56,657 nt of DNA from Plasmodiophora brassicae. Lineage: Eukaryota. Of the stretch, positions 1 to 11,263 are shown one piece after another. Below the pieces are notes generated by a model. That model did no database searches, was not told where the DNA came from, and worked only from the letters and a program-made list of their open reading frames with translations. A program made the translations under genes and the position numbers. The DNA is taken from assembly GCA_036867785.1 (NCBI GenBank), contig CP145413.1, positions 1,488,001-1,544,657 on the forward strand, given 5' to 3'. The stretch's first letter is position 1. The number at the start of each line of letters is the position of its first letter.

Positions 1-190
1 AACGCAACGGGTACCGCGCCCAGGTCTTCAACGTCATGGACGGCTATGGCGAGTCGCTGTGGGTCCACAGCCGCTGATATATATAAACGACGTCCTCTGG
101 CCCTGTTCGACGACGATCGCACGCAACGCCTGAAGCCGTTTGCCCGAGCCATGCGAGAGCGCGTGTTAATTTCAAAGCGTACGACGCCTG

Positions 191-1717
191 TCAGATCAGG
201 GAGCCGAGCAGGTCGGCGGTGGCCCAGCAGGACTTCTCGGGCGGTTCTTGGTCGGCGCAGTGCTGCCCCATGTACGTGCTGGTCTCGTACTGGTCCACCG
301 ACAGGCGCATGGCCCATCGGTCGACAAAGAGCAGGCCGCGTTCGCGAGCGAGGTCCCGTGCGATGCGGTTGAACTCGATGACGCGCACGTCGCTGTTCTG
401 CATGTTGACCGTGGAGCGCCCTTCCGGCAGTGGCTCGATGCGGGCGATGTGGACCGTGCTCAGCATGATGACGCGGGCCGGAGCCGTCACGTTCACGACG
501 AAGTCCAGCATGGCGCCATACCGCTGGCGGTACTCGATTACCTTGGCGATCTGGGCCGGGTCCTTCGGGCAGAAGTAGTGCACGTGGTCGTGCAGGCCCG
601 AGTTCACGATGACGACGTCGGGTTTGCGATCCCCGATGCCACCCATCAGCGTCAGGAACCGGTCGGTGGCCGGCGTCGGCGGGATCATCGTCGTGGACCC
701 ACCGTAGTTCTCAAAGACATCGATGCCGCCGTCGTAGAAGTGTGTGAGGCGCGTGCGCGGATCGACCACCATCGGGCAGGAGTCGCCGGAGATGGCGCCC
801 GCCTGCCATTCCGTGTCGAACATCCGGTATTCGTGGTGGCCGCCCGCGTTCCAGGTCCCCCACGGGTGCGGGTACGCGCCCCGGATGTCGCCCACAGTGC
901 AACCCATGCGTCGCATCATCAGCATGGTCGCCTCGGTCATCGTCGAGTCGCCGACCAGGACGACCCATCGCCCCACGATGTGCTGCGCCATCGAGCGGCG
1001 GTCCCGAACGGGGACGGCCGCCGAGCGGAATCGGAACTCCTCGGACGTGTTCGAACGCCTCCAGGAGTTGTCGCCGGGGAGGTCCACCAGGTCGGGGGCA
1101 TCGCCCGGGATCGTGATGGAGCCAGGGTGAACGGGGAAACGCCCCAGGAACGGCGTGAAGCTGAACACGTCCTCTGCCTTGTGCGACCATTCGTCGGCGC
1201 GCGCGATCGGGACGAAATTCGTCCCGTGGCTGACGAGGTCGACGCGGTAGGTTCCCGGGGGCAACGCGGCAACCTGAACGACGGGCACCGACAGGCTATC
1301 GGGTGTGACCAGCACGGCTCGGCGGTACAATGGCGACGAGATGATCACCGATAGGACCGACCCATAGAGGAACGTCCACGTGCCGTTGTGCCTGCGCTCC
1401 ACCCAGATGTAGGCGACGCGATCGGCGGCCATGCAGGTCCCGATGCGGATGTCCACCGCGTCTCTGGACAGGTTCAGCTCAGGGAAGGCCATGCGCCGCA
1501 GCGACGGCAGGGGCACCAGCAGGTGTCGGTCGGCGACATGCCTTCTGCACGAGTCGTCTTCGCCGACGCCGAGCCGGATCGGGGAGTCGTGTACGATGGC
1601 GCCCGGGACGGATACGCCCAGATTGAGAATGGTCAGCAGGGCGACAACCGTCGCGCCACACACGATCGCAAGACGTATCCTGGAACGCTGCGGCGGCGAG
1701 GACGTGTTGTCGTCCAT
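191..1717 (-). CDS. Type II membrane SGNH/GDSL-like (PC-esterase/TBL-like) polysaccharide O-acyl esterase or transferase
   Basis: N-terminal TM (IVCGATVVALLTIL), GDS motif (VVLVGDSTM), block VIVNSGLHD and a C-terminal His (YMGQHC). Start taken at MDDNTSS. Confidence 0.6.
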   Translation of the reverse strand: MDDNTSSPPQRSRIRLAIVCGATVVALLTILNLGVSVPGAIVHDSPIRLGVGEDDSCRRHVADRHLLVPLPSLRRMAFPELNLSRDAVDIRIGTCMAADRVAYIWVERRHNGTWTFLYGSVLSVIISSPLYRRAVLVTPDSLSVPVVQVAALPPGTYRVDLVSHGTNFVPIARADEWSHKAEDVFSFTPFLGRFPVHPGSITIPGDAPDLVDLPGDNSWRRSNTSEEFRFRSAAVPVRDRRSMAQHIVGRWVVLVGDSTMTEATMLMMRRMGCTVGDIRGAYPHPWGTWNAGGHHEYRMFDTEWQAGAISGDSCPMVVDPRTRLTHFYDGGIDVFENYGGSTTMIPPTPATDRFLTLMGGIGDRKPDVVIVNSGLHDHVHYFCPKDPAQIAKVIEYRQRYGAMLDFVVNVTAPARVIMLSTVHIARIEPLPEGRSTVNMQNSDVRVIEFNRIARDLARERGLLFVDRWAMRLSVDQYETSTYMGQHCADQEPPEKSCWATADLLGSLI

Positions 1718-1861
1718 CGTTGCCCGTTCCCACCAGAGGTGCGGCTGTGCCGATTCCCGGCAGGCCCTGCTGGGCGCGCGTCCCAAGTCAGATACAGCAG
1801 GGGACAGCTGATCAGAGAGGCCACGCCCCGAACCTGACATGGCCGCACGTTCGAATTTATG

Positions 1862-3115
1862 CTAATCAACATTCATAGCGAGGCGCAGCATCAGGTCAAG
1901 GTCCTGGCTGATACAGCTTTGCAGCGTGTCGTACCACTGAGTGCATCGATCCTGCAGGGCGTCCAGCTGGCCGCTGTCGCCCGCCAGCAACGCCTTCATG
2001 GCGCGGGCCGCGTCTTCCCATGATTCCTCGATGACGCCAGGCATCGGCTCGAACAGCGACGTCAGGAACGACGCCCTCCTCATCACGGGAATGGTGCCCT
2101 GGTCGAGAATCTCGGGCAGGCGGTGCGTTTCAGGATGGTTGCCCCATGGGTTCAACCCGAAGACGGCATCCGTCAGGCGCATCTGGCTGTACCGGACGTG
2201 GCCGACAGTGCCCTGGAACTTGTCCTCCGTCTGTGTATCGCAGCCTGGGAACTCTCTCCGCATGACGTCGATCATCTCGTGCCGATCGGCACGTATCGAC
2301 CCGATCCAGGTGCACGGGCGCGGGCGTCTCGACGCCGGCCAGTGCGTCCCGGGTGCATGGCCCGACGCGATGTTCCGCTCCAGGCCCTGCAGCATGATCC
2401 AGTGTGCACCCAGCCAGGGCTCCTCCTGCTGCAGACGGCCCCTGGGGTCGGGTTCGAACGCGGGCCCGGTCCCGCACGACAGGTTGCCGAGGGCGCGCAG
2501 GCCCAGGACGTCGAACCAGTAATGCCTGAGGACGTAGTCGAACGCGTGGAACGACGCCCGGCCCAGTTTGTTCTTCTCGTCGGCGGTGTGCATCAGGCCC
2601 GCTGACAACCCCCTCGCGCGATGCTGGATGGCCCATTGGACCCATTCCTCTGGGTGCCTGCACGCGCCTCAACCGTCAAACGGGGCGCGTCGCGAGGAGC
2701 GGCCGGTGTGAGCAACGGACCAGGTCACGATGAGAACGTCGGTGTCCAATGTTGTCTTGGCGATATCACGGCAGGCGATCTCCACATATCGCCACCGGAT
2801 GTACGTCGGCAGGTACCAGTGCAGGAACGCTGACTTTTCCGGGCCCGACGACGACGAGTCATCGATGACGATGGTCAGCAGTCGTCGCCGGGGCAGAGGT
2901 GGCGTCGTGCCTGCGATCCGATTGGCGACGTGGGGCGCCTCCCGATGCATCGGTGGCGGCGGCGGATCCGCCACACGAAGAACATAGGATCGCGGGTCGG
3001 TGTCGATGCTCATCCTCACGACCAACATCGTGGCAGCAGCAGCCATCGCAGTCAGCACGATGACGCGCCCGCCCCGCTGGGCGCGATGCCTTCGACTATC
3101 ATTCGTGCTGTGCAT
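1862..3115 (-). CDS. Exostosin-like (GT47-like) glycosyltransferase, probably two exons
   Basis: ORF 2669-3115 carries a TM anchor. ORF 1862-2608 has exostosin-type motifs DYVLRHYW, WLGAHW and AVFGLNPWGNHPETHRLPEILDQGTIPV. Confidence 0.6.
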
Positions 3116-3351
3116 TGCGGGCGACTATGGCCCAGGGGCGGGCGAACGAGGAGAACAGGCTGACTTCTGATTACAGGAACAGACGTGCGGCAGGGTTGCG
3201 CTAGGCTGCGCCAGGTCGAACTTGCCCTGGGTCGTTCATTCGTGCCATGTCAGTCACCGACCCTTCGTTCTCCCAATCGTTCTGTGCGAAACGTAGACCG
3301 ACTCGACGGCAGGTCGCATGGTATACGCCGACCCGCTGGCGCCGGTTAAGC

Positions 3352-4392
3352 TCACGTATTGTGTATGGGATGGAGAACGGATCGGCCAGCGACGCGTTGC
3401 AGCATGCGACGAAGGGCGGTGACGGATCGCGCGTCGTTGAATTGCAGGCGGCCGTCCTGGCAGACGATCCAGGTCGGCGCAGGGCTGTGCCAGAACGGGT
3501 CGTAGATCACCAGGTTGTCGTTGAGCAATGCGGCGACGTACGAGAACGAGCTGTGCGCCATGACCAGGACGTCGGCCATGACCAGGGCGTGCACCGTCGC
3601 GAACGTGTCCGTGTCGAGGTGCAGGACCGGGTCCAGGGCGTCCAGATCCGTAAAGTCGGCCGGCGCCCCGCTCGAGTACACGTTCAGCCGGACGGGCATT
3701 GCCGTCCGCGCCCTGATCGCGTCGACCAGCACGACGAGCTTGTCCCGCGTGGCGCCGTTGCTGATGATGCGCCTCTGGTCGGCGTCGCTGGCGCCGTACC
3801 CCCGCCGAATGTGAACGGCGATGTTGACCGCGTCGGCGGCGAACTCGGGCAGCGCCGGCTTGGCCGTCGCCAGGTACTTGCGACGCAGCTCTGGGCGCGC
3901 CAGGTCGATCGCGAACGGGTGCGCGTCGACGTAGTTGACCGACGCCTCCCCGTCGATGACGTCAACGGCGACGCCGCCGGGCAGGTCGTCGCGGTGGATC
4001 TCGCCGTCGCCCAGGTTGAAGAAGTCGACGACGCGGGCGGTGTCGGCGCCCCACTCGATGGTGTTCGGGACGCCGCCGAACACGTACGGGCGGCCCGTCG
4101 CCGTGCGCTCGATGAAGTTCGCCATGTACCGTTGCATGGTGGATCCCAGGCCGCCCCACAGGACCGGGCCGACCACGTTCATCCCATCCGGGAACGTCAC
4201 CGACGCGTAGTCGTCCGCAGGCGACCTGGTGATCAGCAGCCCGTCGGGCGTGGCGGGGCGACCGTGCGCCGTCGTCTGCTGGTACAGGACGGCCCGCCCG
4301 ACCGGGTGCACCGTCATGACGGAGGCCAGCGCTAGCAGGACGTACACCGCGATGGCGACAGCGGAGCACCTGGTCCACCGCGACGACGACAT
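3352..4392 (-). CDS. Putative fucosyltransferase-fold glycosyltransferase
   Basis: Signal anchor, GGLGS motif, donor-binding IAVHIRRG, and ADVLVMAHSSFSYVAALL, all typical of the GT11/GT23/NodZ-like superfamily. Confidence 0.6.
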   Translation of the reverse strand: MSSSRWTRCSAVAIAVYVLLALASVMTVHPVGRAVLYQQTTAHGRPATPDGLLITRSPADDYASVTFPDGMNVVGPVLWGGLGSTMQRYMANFIERTATGRPYVFGGVPNTIEWGADTARVVDFFNLGDGEIHRDDLPGGVAVDVIDGEASVNYVDAHPFAIDLARPELRRKYLATAKPALPEFAADAVNIAVHIRRGYGASDADQRRIISNGATRDKLVVLVDAIRARTAMPVRLNVYSSGAPADFTDLDALDPVLHLDTDTFATVHALVMADVLVMAHSSFSYVAALLNDNLVIYDPFWHSPAPTWIVCQDGRLQFNDARSVTALRRMLQRVAGRSVLHPIHNT

Positions 4393-4501
4393 CGCTGGGC
4401 GGCGCCGGCCACCCGTCGTCGAGAGACCTGGTGGCCGCGCCCTCCCCCGCCGAATGGCACCATCATCGTCCCACAGAATCCCAGATTGTGTGTGTGTGTC
4501 C

Positions 4502-5893
4502 TCAGTTCATTAAGCTATCGGGGTCGCGGGCCAGCCGCGCAGGGCTGTCGCTGCGTTGCAGAGCGAACCCGCGATGCTCCATCTGCAGGTCGTGGCGGAT
4601 GCGGAGGATGCGCCCGGTGAAGGACGACCCGCGCGTCCCGATGAAGTGCCGGGTCATGCCGCAGACCTGCTGCTCGACGGCGATCCGCATCACGGGACTG
4701 GAGGCGCACCGGGCGAACCGGTTCGGGTCGCAGCCGAGCACGACGCCCGGGATCCGCTCGAGGATCCGGCCGCGCTCGTCCGAGTTGCCGTCGGTGAGGA
4801 CGATGACGGCGGTGGTCCCCGTCGCCAGGTACCCGAGCGCGATCTCCAGGTACGCGTCCAGGTCGGCGATCACCGGGATCGCCGTGAAATCGGATCGGCG
4901 GATGTGCATGCACAGAACCGAGGCGTGCTCCTGCTGCTGGGCGCCGCCGCTGGCCTGCTGGATCACGTCGCGGGCAGTCTCGATGATCTCGGGGCGGTAC
5001 CGCAGCGTGACGGGGAACGACGCGTTCCGCGGGATGTCCGTCCTCGTGTCGTAGAACGTGATGCCCAGGTCCGGGTACATGTGGTAGATGGCCTGGCCGC
5101 TGAAGAACCGCAGCCAGTGGGCGTCGACGTGGGCCACGTCGGCGTCGGCGAGGTACTCGGCCGAGCAGTACCCTTTGGGGACGGACGCGCCGTCCGTGTC
5201 GTACGCCAGGCTGGCGGGCACGCTGGGCTCCTGGGCGACGTCCTTGACGAGCCAGCCCATGTGGAAGAAGGGGCGGACCCAGCACGAGTCGCTCCAGTTG
5301 GACGGGTCGCGCAGCATGGTCGGCGCGTCGGACGACGATACCTGCCCGAGCTGGCACGTCGGCGTCGGCGCGTACGCGTTCGCGCCCGTGTCCATGTACG
5401 CAGCGGCGACGGCGTCCGGGTCGACGTTCCAGCCCCGGATCAGGCACGGGGGCCCACCCGGGTTCAACAGGCCGTTCAGGTAGTCGAGGTCGAGGATCTG
5501 CAGCCAGCCCAGGCTGAAGCGGACCGAGAAGCGGTCCTTGTCCCAGTCGAGGGCGGGCAGGAGAACGCCTTTGCCCTCCGTCTTGGCCAGCAGGACGGCG
5601 TTCTCGATCTGCACCAGGTTGTTCGACACGCGCCCGATGATCCCGAACGAGACCCATCCGTGATTGGGGTCGCCCGGCGCAGGGCTGCTGTCACTGGCGA
5701 TCGTCGCCGGTGACGTGATTTGCAGCAGATGCGGGTCGAGGACGTCCACCAGGCAGAGCAGCATCGACAGCGGGACGCCGCCGACCAGCAGGGCCACGCC
5801 CACATGCTTCGACTTGGGGAACATCCATCGCACTGCAACGGCGACGGCGAGGCACGACCAGAACAGATACAGCCAGAACGTGCCGACGACCAT
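4502..5893 (-). CDS. Putative O-fucosyltransferase family protein
   Basis: GRVSNNLVQIENAVLLAK..LLP, CMHIRRSDF and FIGTRGSSFT motifs of the GDP-fucose O-fucosyltransferase family; N-terminal TM segments. Confidence 0.7.
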   Translation of the reverse strand: MVVGTFWLYLFWSCLAVAVAVRWMFPKSKHVGVALLVGGVPLSMLLCLVDVLDPHLLQITSPATIASDSSPAPGDPNHGWVSFGIIGRVSNNLVQIENAVLLAKTEGKGVLLPALDWDKDRFSVRFSLGWLQILDLDYLNGLLNPGGPPCLIRGWNVDPDAVAAAYMDTGANAYAPTPTCQLGQVSSSDAPTMLRDPSNWSDSCWVRPFFHMGWLVKDVAQEPSVPASLAYDTDGASVPKGYCSAEYLADADVAHVDAHWLRFFSGQAIYHMYPDLGITFYDTRTDIPRNASFPVTLRYRPEIIETARDVIQQASGGAQQQEHASVLCMHIRRSDFTAIPVIADLDAYLEIALGYLATGTTAVIVLTDGNSDERGRILERIPGVVLGCDPNRFARCASSPVMRIAVEQQVCGMTRHFIGTRGSSFTGRILRIRHDLQMEHRGFALQRSDSPARLARDPDSLMN

Positions 5894-6266
5894 GTCTGGC
5901 GAGTTTGCAGACGCTGCCCTGGAGGAGGCAGCGAGAGAGAGATATCGGCGTCTCGCCCCGACGATAGGCTGCGCGTCTGAGCGTATGGCCGCGCTCCCTC
6001 AGCCGCCGTCCACTACCAGCACCATGTTGGGCCGCTGCACTGACCGCGAAAGGGGAACCAGACAGCAAAGTCAGCGCGTCGCCAGAGTGACCTCGCCCAT
6101 CGCCGAACCTCCCGTGTGGCACAGTGCCCTGATCCTGTTCAGCGTTGGTCTCGGCAGCGCCATGCTGTAGTGGGTCGCGGGAGGAAGGCCAGCCGACGCG
6201 CGGACAGATCGGTCGAGCGGCCTCGCCACTGTTCAACGCCACTAATCAGACAGTCGTTGTGAGGCA

Positions 6267-7553
6267 ATGCGGGAGTGGGCCCTGCGCCCCAACAGAGGCG
6301 TCTCGCTCGTCTGCGCCCTGTTTGTCGTTGCCCTGCTCATCATCCAGGTGGGGCGCCTGTCCCGATACAACATGGTGCCCTTCACGTTCGCCGAGGCGAA
6401 CGTCGCGGACGCGGCGCCACACGACCCAGTCGTGGGGCAGATACCGTCCTGGCTGCTCGAGTACGTGCGATGGCGGTCGCCCTCTCGTTACCTGGTGTAC
6501 ACATGCACCGAGACGAAGCAGTGCGGCGGCCTGGGCGATCGCGTTCGCGGGATCGTGGCCACGTTCGCTCTGGCGGTTGCCCTGAACAGGACGTTCCTGC
6601 TCCACTCCGATATACCCATCGGCCTGGAGCGCGTGTTCGCCCCGAACCGGCTCGATTGGCTGACCGACGCCAAGGCCAAAGACCTGCCGAGCGCGCCCAT
6701 ATTCATTTATGGGGGCGGGCCCAACGCCACTCTGGAAACCCACCTGCTATCACTGAACCGTACGAGCGTCTTCGTTTGGCGCGTGCGATGGCGTTTGCTC
6801 ATGGTGTCGTGCCCGGCAGGCGATCCCGTGTTCGCGGACGACGTCCCCGTGATTCGAGCCAACGTCAACCGCCCGATCTGGTCCCGAATCTTGGCATCGC
6901 CCGCCTACCGCAACACGATGGACGGCTGGGGCGGTCCGTCGCGCTTGGACCGACAGCAGGAGGAGTTGTTCGCCGCCTGGGTCTGGGCCCTGCTCTTCAC
7001 CCCGTCGCCGCTGCTGACCGAAACGGTCGCCGCCAAACGACGCACGCTGGGCATCGCCGACAACGCCGAATACATCGCAATGCACTTCCGGCATGGTGGG
7101 AGCTGGGGCGACCCCATACGCCACGAGACGGACGCCATTGGCCGGTTCGCGACGTGCGCCGACAGCATGGCGGCCGTCCTGGGCGGCAGGGCGGCGTCAC
7201 CGTTGCCGTCGGTCATCATCTCGGACAGCAACGAGGTGAAGCGCGCGTACAAGGCCAAGTACCCGGACGTGCGCTACGACTCGATGCCGCTGGCGCACAT
7301 CGACGTGGCCGTCAAGGGCGCGCCGGTCGATGAGGCGGCCATCGTGAACCTGTTCGCCGACTTCTACCTGATTCAGCAGTCGACGTGCGCGGTCATCTCC
7401 AGGAGCGGGTTCAGCGAGTGGCCGACGATCCTGTCGAGGAACCTGACGACCGGGGCGCGCTGCTTCGCCAGCTTCCAGGGCGACTGCTCCGCCGAGGCCA
7501 TCCGCCGCTCCCTGCAGACGTTCGTCCCCGCCGTCGACTGCAACAGCCTTTGA
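6267..7553 (+). CDS. Putative alpha-fucosyltransferase (GT23/GT37-like)
   Basis: TM anchor, CGGLGDRVRGI, YIAMHFRHG, IISD and ISRSGFS motifs. There may be an in-frame intron near 6761-6819. Confidence 0.65.
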   Translation: MREWALRPNRGVSLVCALFVVALLIIQVGRLSRYNMVPFTFAEANVADAAPHDPVVGQIPSWLLEYVRWRSPSRYLVYTCTETKQCGGLGDRVRGIVATFALAVALNRTFLLHSDIPIGLERVFAPNRLDWLTDAKAKDLPSAPIFIYGGGPNATLETHLLSLNRTSVFVWRVRWRLLMVSCPAGDPVFADDVPVIRANVNRPIWSRILASPAYRNTMDGWGGPSRLDRQQEELFAAWVWALLFTPSPLLTETVAAKRRTLGIADNAEYIAMHFRHGGSWGDPIRHETDAIGRFATCADSMAAVLGGRAASPLPSVIISDSNEVKRAYKAKYPDVRYDSMPLAHIDVAVKGAPVDEAAIVNLFADFYLIQQSTCAVISRSGFSEWPTILSRNLTTGARCFASFQGDCSAEAIRRSLQTFVPAVDCNSL

Positions 7554-7585
7554 CGGCGACACGCCCACGTATACAGCAAACGAAT

Positions 7586-9045
7586 ATGAACCACCACGAT
7601 GGTTGTGTCCGGCACGCGGGGTGACCTCGTCATCAGCAGGGCGTCCTGGCAGTGGCTGGTCGTCGTCGACTCGTCGCGGACCGCTGGCCGTATTTTGGGT
7701 CGTCGTCGTCGTCGTCGTCGTCATGGCCGTCGTCGATGCCCGTCGCAACGAGGTCGTCAAGAACGTTGGCGACACGGTGCGCGCCACGAACCGCATTCTG
7801 ATCACGGGCGCATGCGGGTTCATCGGGTCGCATCTGGTACGCCCGGGGGCGATGGCGCGGGATGCGCGTGCGTTGCGTTCGTTGACACGCGCGCTGTGGA
7901 CGTAGACGGACCGGCTCATGGAGGACCCCCACAACGAGGTCATTGCGGTCGACAACTGCTTCTCGGGCGACAAGCGCAATTTGCAGAAATGGTTCGGCAA
8001 TCCTCGTTTCGAATTCATTCGTCACGATGTCTGCCTGCCGCTGACGGTCGAAGTACGGATACGTGGTCGCTCGTCGCCGTCGTCCTGTTCTCACTACGCG
8101 ATGCGCACAGGTTGACCAGATTTACCATTTGGCGTGCCCTGCATCGCCCGTGTTCTATCAGCACAACCCGATCAAGACGGTGAAGACGGCGTTCCAGGGC
8201 ACCCTGAACATGTGCGGTCTGGCCAAGCGCGTCAAGGTGCGCGCGCGCGTCTGATCTCCTGGCGTGTTGGGCTTACATGTCGCCGTGTCAGGCTCGTCTA
8301 CTGCTGGCGTCCACGTCGGAGGTGTACGGCGATCCCGAGGTGCACCCACAGGTGGAGACGTACTTCGGCAACGTCAACTCGATCGGCATTCGCTCCTGCT
8401 ACGATGAGGGCAAGCGCGTGTCCGAAACGCTCTGCTTCGAGTATCACCGTCTCCATCAGACCGACATTCGCGGTGTGTGCACGGGTCCAGTGAGTACGGG
8501 CGCTGCCGCTGTCTGACCGTGTGTGGGGGGCGTGTCACAGTTGCACGAATCTTCAATACGTACGGCCCGCGAATGCTGGAGAACGATGGCCGCGTCGTCT
8601 CGAATTTCATCGTCCAGGCGCTGAAAGGGATCCCGCTGACCGTCTATGGTGATGGGTCCCAGACGCGGTCGTTCTGCTTCGTCGGCGACCTCGTCGATGG
8701 GCTGATTAAGCTGATGCGAGGCAGCGATATCGGCCCTGTCAACCTCGGTAGCGCGTGCATGCCCGTCTGATCCCACCAGTGCTGCCCAGTGATGACACAC
8801 GGTCCTTGCTCGCAGGAAACCCTGGCGAGTACACCATCAAGGAGCTGGCCGAGAAGGTTCAGGGTCTGGTCAACCCTGCCGTACCGGTCGCCTTCAAGCC
8901 GCTGCCGTCCGACGACCCCACCCGTCGCAAGCCGGACATCACGCGCGCTAAGCAGAACCTCGGCTGGGAGCCCAAGGTCCCACTCGAGAAGGGCCTGCGT
9001 CTGACGATTGAAGACTTCAAGACACGCGTTCACGGTCACAAATAG
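7586..9045 (+). CDS. UXS1: UDP-glucuronate decarboxylase (UDP-xylose synthase), multi-exon
   Basis: Exons encode [66 protein letters not shown] and [10 protein letters not shown], separated by short GT-AG introns. Confidence 0.93.
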
Positions 9046-9160
9046 GTGGTCCTGCCTGCGGCGACCATTTTATGGGGGGCGGCACCCGCAGATGAACATG
9101 ATAAAGCGGGGGTACCACCCGGAATGTTCATCCGGCACCCGTTGTACTGCTGCAGGATGG

Positions 9161-10372
9161 CTATGCCGAGGCAATCAGACGATCGATGGCCCCGTGCATG
9201 TTGGCCCGGTCGGCGGCGCACGTGTCGGCGCTGGCGCTGAAGTTGTACAGGTACGCCGGGCGCGTCCTGTCGCCGTACCGGTCGATGTCGCCGGGCACAT
9301 AGTGCCAGAACACGTCCGTGTTGAGGATGTCGCCGGGGAGCGGCCCGCCGGCGAACGCATGGCAACTGCAGTGGATCAAGGTGATATCGTCGACGATTCG
9401 GCCGAGGTCCGCCAGGCGCTGTCGCTCCCGCAGCTGGAAGACGAACCCGCAGAGGAAGTTCATTCCGACGGGCATCGAACCGACGTGGCCCGCCTGGGCC
9501 ATGATGTTCAGGACGTTCTGGTCGCCCAGGTTCAGCACCTCGTCGTCGTCCGGCATCGCCTGCATGAACGCCGCCGTCCATTGCACCTGGCGCACGCGTC
9601 CCATGTTGTAGAAGATGACGCCCGAGTTCATCCCGTACAGCGCGATATCGTCGAGGATCACGGCATGGTCGGCGCGGAGCGGTGCCGTCCAGCGCTCGAA
9701 GTTCGCCCCGGGGCCATACGCGCTCTTGCCCCATGGGGCCAGGTCGGGCGCCGCCAGGGCGGCATAACCCTGCGAGTCCTGCCGCAGGCGATAGTACGCC
9801 GGGCAGGGATCGGCAATCAGGAGCGTGTCCGTGTCGACCACGAGGACGTCGGCAACGTCGGCAGGGAACAGGAACTCGGGGGTGAGCTTCAGCAGGGCGA
9901 ATCGGGACGGCCATCGCGTGCGTAACGAGGCGACGGCCTGCAGGGCGGCGTCGGGCGTGTGGTGGTGCGCCTCCAGGGCGTACACGTCCGGGTGGGCGAC
10001 GTACGGCCCGAGGAGGTCGTCGACGCGTTGCCGCGTGGCGTCATCATTGACGAAATGCAGGTGGACAGGGCAGGACATGGTCTCGATCAGCGATATGAGC
10101 AACGTCTTCAGCTCCAGGAATCGCGTGCCGGATTCGTTGTCGAAGATGATGCCGATGTGGATGGCCTGCTTGGTGGCGTCGACCGGGTGGCGCAGGTGAT
10201 CGCGACAGAGGAGCGGATCGCGAGGCAGCCGTCGTCGAGGTGCGCCTTCCGACACGACATGGTCGACCCGCGCCTGCAGCGTCCACAACGACATCAACAT
10301 GAATAGCGTTGTCATCAGGACGACGACCATGGCCAGCGCCAGCAGCATGCGTCGCTGCTGCGACCGTGCCAT
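9161..10372 (-). CDS. GT8 family glycosyltransferase (LARGE/GXYLT xylosyltransferase-like)
   Basis: TM anchor, LKTLLISL, VHLHFVND, LLKL, DxD (VVDTD), GMNSGV and LGDQNVLN. Confidence 0.8.
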   Translation of the reverse strand: MARSQQRRMLLALAMVVVLMTTLFMLMSLWTLQARVDHVVSEGAPRRRLPRDPLLCRDHLRHPVDATKQAIHIGIIFDNESGTRFLELKTLLISLIETMSCPVHLHFVNDDATRQRVDDLLGPYVAHPDVYALEAHHHTPDAALQAVASLRTRWPSRFALLKLTPEFLFPADVADVLVVDTDTLLIADPCPAYYRLRQDSQGYAALAAPDLAPWGKSAYGPGANFERWTAPLRADHAVILDDIALYGMNSGVIFYNMGRVRQVQWTAAFMQAMPDDDEVLNLGDQNVLNIMAQAGHVGSMPVGMNFLCGFVFQLRERQRLADLGRIVDDITLIHCSCHAFAGGPLPGDILNTDVFWHYVPGDIDRYGDRTRPAYLYNFSASADTCAADRANMHGAIDRLIASA

Positions 10373-10559
10373 GGGCGCGCTGGAACGCCAGGCGATCCTG
10401 AGCAACCAGCCCTGGGGAGTGTGGAAATATATTCACATTATGTTCCGCACCGCGCCGTACCCCTCTCCAAAAATTGCGCATTGGTTTTTGGCGAGATACT
10501 GATTGAAATTCGCGGACCTGTAGCGTCGACGACGTATGTACCTTGCGTACGGACGACTT

Positions 10560-11023
10560 CGTCTCATCGAGCGAATCGAACGGCTTCGGGAATCTAGGAT
10601 CCAGATACATGCCCAAAAGCGCAGGGTCGCTCACCAAATTGGAGCTATACGTCTGCAATTTGGCAACCATGGCGGCTGCCCCAGATCGCAGAACATGTAG
10701 ACCGGACCGCCAACTAGGCCACGAGAGCGGTCTACAAAACATCTCACCGACGGGAGTTCGAGCCTCCTCGAAGTCCGCCGTGGACGGAGAGTTTTGGGGA
10801 GGATGGTAGATAGTACGGACGCGCCAGGCACGAGAGCAGCTACACGGGTAGGCGGCGGACATCGCTCGATCGTCGGGGGGGACGAGCTTCCCCGGTGAGA
10901 TGTTTTGTAGACCGGAGGATGAGATTCGTGGTTCTGAATGCAGTTTTCGCAGTGCGTCTGCAAGAAGTTGAAAGATCCTTTCACCATGTTGATGGTAGGT
11001 GACTTCGATTTCGCCAACCCCTT
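10560..11023 (-). pseudogene. hAT transposase remnant, 3' part (interrupted by the gypsy element and a MITE)
   Basis: Frameshifted segments SKSPTINMV and AAAMVAKLQTY...LGMYLDPRF continue the EEWQELEQVRDFLLP segment on the other side of the LTR element. Confidence 0.6.
10728..10914. mobile_element. 187-bp MITE-like insertion
   Basis: Perfect 22-bp terminal inverted repeats CGGTCTACAAAACATCTCACCG (10728-10749 and 10893-10914), flanked by a GAG 3-bp duplication (10725-10727 and 10915-10917). Confidence 0.75.
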
Positions 11024-11220
11024 TGTTCATCCAGAGTACCAGTACTCAGATGATGCTGCTCAGATGCTGCTGCCACCCGGTCACATGATCATGACCGTAC
11101 TCGACCCCGCAGCGGCCCTTGCTGTGACGATCCTGTCCAAATACATCAGTTCGTTATATCACCAGGCGCCGACTCTTGCGACCGACCGCCCCCGTAGTGG
11201 GCAGCGGCGGCGTTAGCACA
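11024..11220 (+). repeat. 5' LTR
   Basis: TGTTCATCC...GTTAGCACA, apparently identical to 16163-16359. Confidence 0.97.
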
Positions 11221-11263
11221 GAAGCTTCTTGCGCAAAGAGCCCCAAGCAAACGAACTCACTTA

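Noticed and set aside
7698-7722. (GTC)n microsatellite
   Set aside because: Simple repeat encoding poly-Val in the UXS signal anchor.
248-10306. Many long overlapping or antisense ORFs (e.g. 248-1354, 3247-4335, 4556-5713)
   Set aside because: Shadow frames of GC-rich genes, with no recognisable motifs.
10405-10500. Possible hAT terminal inverted repeat
   Set aside because: No matching opposite end or 8-bp TSD could be identified.
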